NCBI RefSeq assembly: GCF_037042905.1 | Contig: NC_087247.1 | Span: 15,996,001 to 16,060,000 of the forward strand | DNA: 64,000 nucleotides | Direction of reading: 5' to 3' | Origin: Lytechinus pictus | Lineage: Eukaryota | Shown here: in pieces, positions 55,578 through 64,000 of the stretch | Layout: every line of letters starts with the position of its first letter | Numbering within the stretch: the first letter of the stretch is position 1 | The notes under the pieces: model-generated | Database searches by the model: none | Told to the model about the DNA's origin: nothing | The model's input: only the letters and a program-made list of their open reading frames with translations | Program-made: the position numbers and the translations under genes

Positions 55578-55849
55578 ACCGTAGGCCTATGTGTCTATGA
55601 ACAATTCAAAACTATATTCTGCTTTATCATTATAGTGTTAGAATAAAAAAGAACTTATTTCATGCGTTCAAATTCAAATTTAAAGCAAGAGGTCCCCCTA
55701 AATATAAAAACAGACATTGACATGGAAGAAATGTGATTTTTATTTGTTCTTATTCATGTCAATTTCATTGAGCCCAATGTAGCATGCAATTGAAATTAGT
55801 GTGAATTTGTATAGCATTGTCAAAACAGTGGCGTTGATCGATGCTTAAC

Positions 55850-56030
55850 GAAGGCAAGTCCACCCCCTGACAGAACGTAGTTTTGTATAAAAAGTTAAAA
55901 ATATAAATCTTATAACGTTGAAAATCTAATCAGAATCGAATTTAAAATGAGAAAGATATGTTTTTTTTAATTTCACTTAATTTTCACAAAACAGTTTTAT
56001 GCACTGCAGAGTGATATTCAAAATGGGTCA
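55850..56030 (+). mobile_element. K1 MITE 5' fragment
   Basis: ggcaagtccacccc start and degenerate homology to 23380. Confidence 0.55.
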
Positions 56031-57088
56031 TTCCACATGCCCATTTTCATTAGGTGTGCTATTAAATTGTCAATTTGACTTTTTTAAATGCTAATAAAAC
56101 GGAAACATTGCGGTAAAAATAAAATCAAGCCTCAACGTGGATAGGAACAGACAAGCAAACAGAATGAACGGCTATAAATAAGATCATGCATAATTCGACT
56201 GGGTCTGCGGTATTGGTATTTCAATTGAATTTATGAATATGAAATCAACCAAACAACCATAACTATTCAATTCAATCCATGGTTTTATTGCGTCCAACGA
56301 CCATTGCATCATACACAGCCAGAAGGTTGAAATTAGCATTTTACAGCAAGATATTATTATAGGGTATCCATACGCAAAAGTAACAAAATATATATGTTAT
56401 AAAATACATAATGTTGAAATATGATCAAGAGTAGACAATTGAAATTGGATTATGAGTTACAAATGTTGAGTAAATCAAGGGGAAAAAATCTTTCCAAATA
56501 GAATTTTTGGTAATTTTCTTTGCTCATTCCTGTAGTAGTAACACAAGATGTGCTCCTACATGTTGCATATGAACAAGGATTTTCCAAGTTTTACTCAATT
56601 TTTGTCATAAGTGGAGTTGGGTCCTTTTTATATCATAGTAAAATCAGGGATGTGTCATCACTCTATCAAAGACACCCTCCACCATCACAAAAACAAGCAG
56701 CTTGTTAATGTCATGACGTCACAAAGTCGCATTCTTTAATTCCAGGTTATAATCATCTCATTATCGGGCTTGTGGTGATAGGAAAGGGGAGAGAAGGAAG
56801 ATAAGGAGAGGAAAAAAATTGTCGGCACTCTTACACATTTTGTGGTGCCATATTTGACTCGTTAAGACGCCTGATGAGAGTCGAATCTGTTCTGAGCCAC
56901 TCTTTTTCCTATTATATTTGACTTGGAATAAAGGGGTTTTCAACTGATGCTACAATCTGCATGAGCTGCTTTGATAAAGAATTGTCTCCCAGTTGAAGCA
57001 ATTCTGAGTCAAATTTTAAAGTGAGTGATAAGTAACAAGAGAGAGTGAAAAGCAAGGAAAAGCGGATAAGAAATAGTGTAAATATTAA

Positions 57089-57656
57089 AGAGTACTCCAG
57101 GCTGAAATAATATGATTTGAGCAGATGGAGAAAAATCATACAAACAAAACACTGAAAATTTGATAAAAATCGGACAAGGAATAACAAAGTTATGGAATTT
57201 AAAAGATTTGCATTATTCCGGTGAAACAGTTCTCAGCATGTCATATTCCCGCTTGTCATTTTGTATTTTATTCTATTAAATTGGGCTTATTCATTTTTTT
57301 CCTTCAAGAACCAAAATAATTGGATTGACAACTGATTTAGTACATTAGGTATTCATTACTGCAACTTATTTCATTATAAGGGAGACATCATTCACACATG
57401 TATGAAAAAATGAAATAATAATGATTTCATGTAATAACATTTATAAGAAAAAGGAAAGTGGGATGTGACATCATCAGTCCACCTAATTAATATTCATGAA
57501 GATGTGCATAAACTGTTTTCACAATATATTGCTAAACATTGAAATTCAATAACTTCGCTATTTGTTATAAGATTTTGATGAAATTTGCAGCTATTTGCTC
57601 TGTGAATTTTACTCTATGTATTGAGATAATATATATTTTCAGCCCGGAGCATCCCT
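57089..57656. mobile_element. Kolobok-type MITE, family K2
   Basis: agagtactccaggctgaaa / tttcagcccggagcatccct; flanks TTAA/CTAA. Confidence 0.75.
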
Positions 57657-58964
57657 CTAAGATGTCTTATTCGGTCTACAAGTATTTGGTCTTTTTCTTA
57701 GAAACATTACACAGGAAATTAAACATTCAGATATTTTCGGGGGGGGGGGGTAAAATGTTCTAAGTGAATAAAGCGGTAGACAGAAATGACAGAGGTGATT
57801 TTTCATGATTTTATGGTGAAATTGAAGGATCTGACGCATATATTCGGTTTGATTTTGTTAAATAAATCACCTTTGAAAAATTGTTTTAAAATTGTTTTAA
57901 AATTCCGAGTGGGGTGGGTGCGACCTTGCGTGGAGCTAAGCTATTAAAGTGTTATTGGGGGGATAAAATACATAGATAATTCGGGGAAATCTTTTTTCAG
58001 ACATTGAGATGAAAAAGTGGAAACGTAATGTTTTTTCTTTATTGTTTTAACGTTTCATAATGGTAACATTTGGCCTTTCTTTAAAAAGGTACAAATGTGC
58101 TGTAAAGTTATATTTTGGCCAAACGATGATTACCTATTTTTTTCTCATTAATCTATATGATGTAACAATGTTTAACATGTTTAAGTAGCAAAAAGCTCTA
58201 GGTAAGAGTGTAGTTTGTACAAATATTTGTGTGTGTTTTTTCTGGTAGATTACCAGTATAAACTCCACGCAGATAACACGACTTTTTACACAGTGTTTAA
58301 AATGTAAACATGTTAAAATGCATCTAGTCATGTTATACAAAATTAAGTCGTTCACCGTTATGACATCAACACGTTCAATGCATTCTCTGTTTAGTAACAT
58401 AAAAGAAATTTACCCCCCAAAATACAATTTGAAATAGAAATCTGATGAGTTACTTTGAGGTGATTTAACTAAAAATTATGTTTTCATCTTTTTTATACCT
58501 TATGAAGATATTTAGGAGTTTCTGATCCAATGTTCTATACAATCCAACGTTCACTCAATTTATAGGTATACCCACTCACCCTCACATTATATAATCTCAA
58601 TTAGCATCTCACTCAGAAGCGAACGGTACAGTCAATTTGTAATCTTGAATATTTTTCCAGCCTTTTGCCTGCACAGACTCCGAATCGATGAAATAAGCAA
58701 GTCCTTGTTGTTTATCGATATCGAATTGTTATACATGCCCAACAATTCCTGCCTCTCTTTAATCTAAAGTAACCTTGAAAAGGTCGTTATTTGTCTCGGC
58801 GGCATCCTCAACCCTTGCTACTTCGATTTGTTATGTTTTATCAAATGAGAGGGAAAATTGTGTAGCTTTGCACTGCGTGTATTTCCCCGATAGCTACTGA
58901 AAAAAGAGAGATTTCAAAATATCTCAGTCACAGCGACGAAATCGACGCAAAACCGATCAAAACT

Positions 58965-60111
58965 ATTATATGTTATTACATGCCATTGGTCAGTTTGAGT
59001 CGGTTTCCTTGGTTTATTATAGGTTATTACATGGCATCGGTCAGTTTGAGTCTGTTTCCTTGGTGTATTAAGGTTATTACATGGCATCGGTCAGTTTGAG
59101 TCTGTTTCCTTGGTGCATTAAGATTTTTACTTTGCATCGGTCAGTTTGAGTCTGTTTCCTTGGTGTATTAAGGTTATTACATGGCATCGGTCAGTTTGAG
59201 TCTGTTTCCTTGGTGTATTAAGGTTATTACATTGCATCGGTCAGTTTGAGTCTGTTTCCTTGGTGCATTAAGGTTTTTACTTTGCATCGGTCAGTTTGAG
59301 TCTGTTTCCTCGGTGTATTAAGGTTATTACATTGCATCGGTCAGTTTGAGTCTGTTTCCTCGGTGTATTAAGGTTTTTACTTTGCATCGGTCAGTTTGAG
59401 TCTGTTTTCTTGGTGTATTAAGGTTTTTACTTTGCATCGGTCAGTTTGAGTCTGTTTCCTTGGTGCATTAAGGTTTTTACTTTGCATCGGTCAGTTTGAG
59501 TCTGTTTCCTCGGTGTATTAAGGTTATTACATGGCATCGGTCAGTTTGAGTCTGTTTCCTCGGTGTATTAAGGTTTTTACTTTGCATCGGTCAGTTTGAG
59601 TCTGTTTCCTCGGTGTATTAAGGTTATTACATTGCATCGGTCAGTTTGAGTCTGTTTCCTCGGTGTATTAAGGTTTTTACTTTGCATCGGTCAGTTTGAG
59701 TCTGTTTCCTCGGTGTATTAAGGTTATTACATTGCATCGGTCAGTTTGAGTCTGTTTCCTCGGTGTATTAAGGTTTTTACTTTGCATCGGTCAGTTTAAG
59801 TCTGTTTCCTTGGTGTATTAAGGTTTTTACTTTGCATCGGTCAGTTTGAGTCTGTTTCCTCGGTGTATTAAGGTTATTACATGGCATCGGTCAGTTTGAG
59901 TCTGTTTCCTTGGTGCATTAAGGTTTTTACTTTGCATCGGTCAGTTTGAGTCTGTTTCCTCGGTGTATTAAGGTTATTACATGGCATCGGTCAGTTTGAG
60001 TCTGTTTCCTTGGTGCATTAAGGTTTTTACTTTGCATCGGTCAGTTTGAGTCTGTTTCCTCGGTGTATTAAGGTTATTACATGGCATCGGTCAGTTTGAG
60101 TCTGTTTCCTT
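58965..60111 (+). repeat. 50-bp minisatellite, about 23 copies
   Basis: Unit aggttattacatggcatcggtcagtttgagtctgtttccttggtgtatta with a few recurring variants. Confidence 0.95.
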
Positions 60112-61178
60112 AAGAAAGCTTCATTTTTTTAAACAGTTTACGATTATAATCTAATTAAGAGATTGTCTGTTTTAGAGTAGTTTGAAACAATAGATTTAAA
60201 GGAGGATATGAAATTGAGTGCAGTATAGGGAATGCATATAGTTTAAATATACAAACCACTTAGCGGCTCCATCTGATAGGGAATATTCATAATTACTAAA
60301 AATGTACAAAAAATTGTGAATTTCTACAATAATATTTATTGATAAGATAAAATCCAATTATGACTGCGAAAAAACGTGGTCTAGGCGAATGCGTGCGTTT
60401 GACTATAATTCTCTAAATGTGTATTTAATCAACCTATGAATCAATTCTTGGATGGATTTTTTTTTATAATCAGTAGTTGTTAATTTCATTATCAATGAAC
60501 ATTTCAATTGGTTGAAAATATGAGTGCACTAACAGTCTACAACGAACTGGTGAAACAATGAGTTGCATCATTCTATTCCTTCACCCCCCCCCCTTCCCTT
60601 CCATGACTTGCCTTAGTTTTCGTTTTTACCCCCACCTCTCTCCTATCCTGTCCCCTCTTTCTTTCTCTCATTATATTGGAATCATAGCAATTTATGTTTG
60701 CTTATATGAGAATCTAATTAAAATCCGTTACGTTTTAACTTCAATCATATAAGTGCTTCCTTGTATTGCTGTTTTTCCTAGATTTCAAGAACTTCAAAAT
60801 CCATGAAATATCAACATGACAGGATAAGCATACATGCATGCAAAACTAATTGGTCGTGAACTACTCGAGCATACTCCTTTTCACTCGATACAATTCGCAA
60901 GAGCTCTTGAATGCCATCGTGGTAATAGTCACATTAAAGTTATAGATGGGCATTAATTCTCACCACATTAGAAATTAATGAGGCGATAATTGTTTCCTGA
61001 GGGAAAAGGCATTCATTTTATAATGCGAACACAAAATGAAAGTGCGATTGAAATGTCTGATACTGCCTCGTAACAATTTTCAATATAGTGGATCGATATC
61101 TCAATGAGCGTCTTACAAATATTTGTTATTATTGAAGGCGTGGTCATCTCAATCTGCTCAGGACTCCGATTGGTATAC

Positions 61179-61215
<37 letters not shown>

Positions 61216-61313
61216 CCCACCTTCACCCGACAAAGGAAATTATAATTGGTATGGTGTCGAAAATCTGTCTATCTGACGGTCAATTGGATCGGGGTCGCCC
61301 TAGCCACTAACCC

Positions 61314-61385
61314 GTCTCTGTGGTCTAGTGGTTAAGGCACCGGCGTTCAAAGCTGGGGGCCCGGGTTCGATTCCCGGCAGAGACA
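61314..61385 (+). tRNA. tRNA-like gene with TCA anticodon (putative opal-suppressor type, Glu-like scaffold; not tRNA-Sec architecture)
   Basis: Acceptor gtctctg/cagagac, D stem gtct/aggc, anticodon stem ccggc/gctgg with loop gtTCAaa (61347-61349), 4-nt variable loop, T stem ccggg/cccgg with ttcgatt, discriminator A. Confidence 0.8.
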
Positions 61386-61391
61386 TTTTTT
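61386..61391 (+). terminator. RNA Pol III oligo-T terminator
   Basis: TTTTTT immediately after the discriminator base. Confidence 0.7.
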
Positions 61392-61485
61392 CGGCATCAC
61401 CAATTTTTCCAAAAAGGGTAGATAGCTCTGGGGAACCTTGATTTAAGCTACGCCTACCATTGTTCTCGTCATCCATTTCTTTCAC

Positions 61486-61531
<46 letters not shown>

Positions 61532-61774
61532 CTACTTCTTTTTTCCAAAGTTCTCCTACTTTCAATTTTCAGTTGCTTTCTTATACATTGTAGTTCATGT
61601 TAATTGCTAATCGTAAAATGAATAAATCAACTAATTTGTTTAGTCCGTTTGTGGTTTGAAGATCGAAATAAACGATTTATATCTCCCCTGCTTTTTCTTC
61701 AAGATAGAATTATGTTTTTCCCAAAATACTCTTTGTCACAAAAACCCATATAACTTTAAAAGGAGGCTATTTAA

Positions 61775-62357
61775 AGGTCAAGCCCACCCCATAAAAATGT
61801 TGATTGGAATAACTATAGAAAAATCAAACTAGCAAAATGCTGAAAGTTTCATCAAAATCGGATGTAAAATAAGACAGTTATGACACTTTAAAGTTTTCAC
61901 ACAACAGTGATATGCACAACTCAAATGAGAAAGTCGATGATGTCCCTAACTCACTATTTCTTTTGTTTTTTATTGTTTGAATTATACAACATTTCATTTT
62001 TTATAGATTTGACAATACGGACCAACTTGACTGAATCATATAGTATTAAACATTGCTCATTCCACATGTTCAGGGAGGAATTAATCAGTGTATCACTTGA
62101 CAATGAGGAGAAAAATAGAATATTCCCTATTTCATATAATAAATACAAAAGAAATAGTGAGTGGATGACGTCATCAGTCTCCTCATTTGCATACCAACCA
62201 GGATGTGCATATAACTGTTTTGTGAAATTAAGCAAAACTTTAAAATTTCATAACTTTCTTATTTTAGATCCGATTTTGATGAATTTTTCAGTGTTATGCT
62301 TGTTGGATTTTTCTCTTTTTTATTCAAATCAACTTTTTGTTGGCGTGGACTTGTCCT
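61775..62357 (+). mobile_element. Kolobok-type MITE, family K1
   Basis: TTAA TSDs; aggtcaagcccacccc / ggcgtggacttgtcct; homologous to 23380-23964. Confidence 0.9.
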
Positions 62358-64000
62358 TTAAGGGTTTGTTTCTCCCATGAACGTCTTAGGACTCATAAAT
62401 CTATAAAAAAAAAAGACAAAGACGTTTCCTAGGTAATTGGTTATATACCAGCTTGGCGTTTACTAGCAAAACGCTGTACTGCCGAGTTCATATACGGGTG
62501 TTACCATAAACAGAAATATCCCTTTACATCGAGTCAAATTGTTACGAATCAGATTTTATAAAATATCAAATCAATGTTATAACCATATTGATTATTATGA
62601 TTATAAGTATTTGAAGCTCATGTGAGCATATAGGGTTTGTTTTTCAAGGAACTGATGACAATGATAATATCGTGAGAAAATATTAACAAAATTGTGTTGT
62701 CCATTTCAATCCGCGATGTACGTTGTTTTTTGTATATAGAACGGAATGAAAGCTTGAAGGAATAACCATAGTTGAATCATCATGTCATGTATTTTATGTC
62801 TTTACGTGACAGAGATAAATGGAAATGTAGCATTTTGCCAATCCTTTTCCCTAGTGATACTTGCACGGTAGGAAAGCCCGAAGTGGCTGACCGCAAATAC
62901 CATGAACCTCGTTACTAGTCCGGGCATATTCAACGACCTTAAACCGCGGCATCAACTAAAAAAAAAAGATACAAATGCACTGTCAGAAATCCATCATAAT
63001 TGCCCAGGGCTTATATCACTTATAACATCTAAATTGAATTAATGACATTTCAGAGTGAAACCTTATCACTCTCAGACGCCCACTTACAATGTCGTTATTT
63101 CAGTTATTTTATCCTCCTGATCATAATAAAACAACAGAAAATTTATTCTGTTTAAAGATTGTTTGAGTTGAGTGTAGAATGGCATGAATGAATCTGTATC
63201 TCCATGCTTTTAAGTGTTTTTCGCGTACCATTTCATTTACATTTTCACCTTCCCAAATTACGTTTAACCTCCTCATTAAAACCTATTTCCTATAAAACAC
63301 TGGAACAAATAATCCAGCGGGAAAGTAAAACACCATGATGCACTAAGATTTAAAAAAAAAACTCGGCAAGATACAACTACTAAACGATATATAGGATCTT
63401 TGCTGTATGTTTTGGTGAGGGTGGGTGTGTGTGTGATTGGGTGCAAGTATAAGGTATGTGTTCATGAGGGTGTGTTTGTGTGATTTTTTTCTTCAATGTG
63501 TGTGTATTTCTACTTTGTTGCTATTGCAATGCACTTGGCCAAATTTTAAATCGCTCATGGGCGACATTGTCGTTTCCAGTGGATCTAATGAAATGCACTT
63601 ATTCGCCTTTGAATAATCAAGACATCAGAATTAGTGCTTATCTAAAAAAAACACCATACCATTTGAGTTCAAATGACCTTCTCACCATGCGCAGGATGGA
63701 ACTACGGATTGGCTAAACATTGACATCTCTTTTTTTTCTCAGAAAAAAAGTTTAATTTATCATTTATCGTAAACAATTTCCGAAGGCGGAATCTTACAGG
63801 CTAAGCTTTCTTGGGATTCTTGGCATTTTGATGTTATATTTATTTGTACTTAACTCTGTAACCTTTTAAGTAAATTGAGACTATTAATTCTGATTGATTG
63901 GTATTTTGTACAATTAATTTTGTAGGTATGGTGTAACAGAAGAAATTATTGTGCATTATGATACTAGTTAGTCATGTTAGTGTCAATTAAATAAAATCCG

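Larger units (their letters stand above)
61215..61488 (+). mobile_element. ~275-bp tRNA-containing cassette inserted in (TA)n
   Basis: GC-richer block bounded by (TA)n 61182-61214 and 61489-61527. Confidence 0.65.

Noticed and set aside
56871-56900. Other CTGANGA hits (also 6933, 26915, 30275, 38011)
   Set aside because: They lack stem II plus GAAA plus NUH arrangement.
58965-60111. Hammerhead or CRISPR in the 50-bp repeat (minus strand ctgaccga...gaaac)
   Set aside because: The core is not CUGANGA, no stem II or stem I pairing exists, and there are no spacers.
61314-61385. Genuine tRNA-Sec
   Set aside because: It has a 7/5 fold, a 4-nt variable loop, a 4-bp D stem and discriminator A; tRNA-Sec needs a 9/4 fold, a long variable arm and G73.
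61907-62380. 157-aa ORF, the longest in the window
   Set aside because: It lies inside a K1 MITE and the frame is not preserved in the 23.4-kb copy.

Overview
AT-rich animal genomic DNA with no intact protein-coding gene. The repeat repertoire (tRNA-SINEs with L2 tails, CAG...CTG MITEs carrying gcgagcgaagcgagc motifs, TTAA-flanked MITEs) points to an echinoderm, probably a sea urchin; this is inference. The window reads as intronic or intergenic and is densely packed with mobile-element debris. It holds PIF/Harbinger-, hAT-, Kolobok- and EnSpm-type MITEs, a 5.45-kb AATT-flanked DNA transposon, decayed L2/Crack/RTE/L1-Tx1 LINE pieces, SINEs, three minisatellite arrays (44, ~77 and 50 bp units), microsatellites and one 139-N gap. 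A few candidate spliced exons, at least one non-coding, lie on the + strand. Almost all listed ORFs are low-complexity or repeat artefacts. The most interesting signals are small structured RNAs carried by mobile DNA. (1) A fully paired 72-nt tRNA with a UCA (opal-reading) anticodon and a Pol III terminator sits inside a ~275-bp cassette inserted in (TA)n at 61.2-61.5 kb. (2) A chimeric SINE has a 7SL/Alu-domain head, a B-box and a Deu/Nin-like core at 27.7 kb. (3) Two minus-strand hammerhead ribozyme motifs lie in Penelope-like pieces stacked in a (TA)n hotspot at 7.9-9.3 kb.
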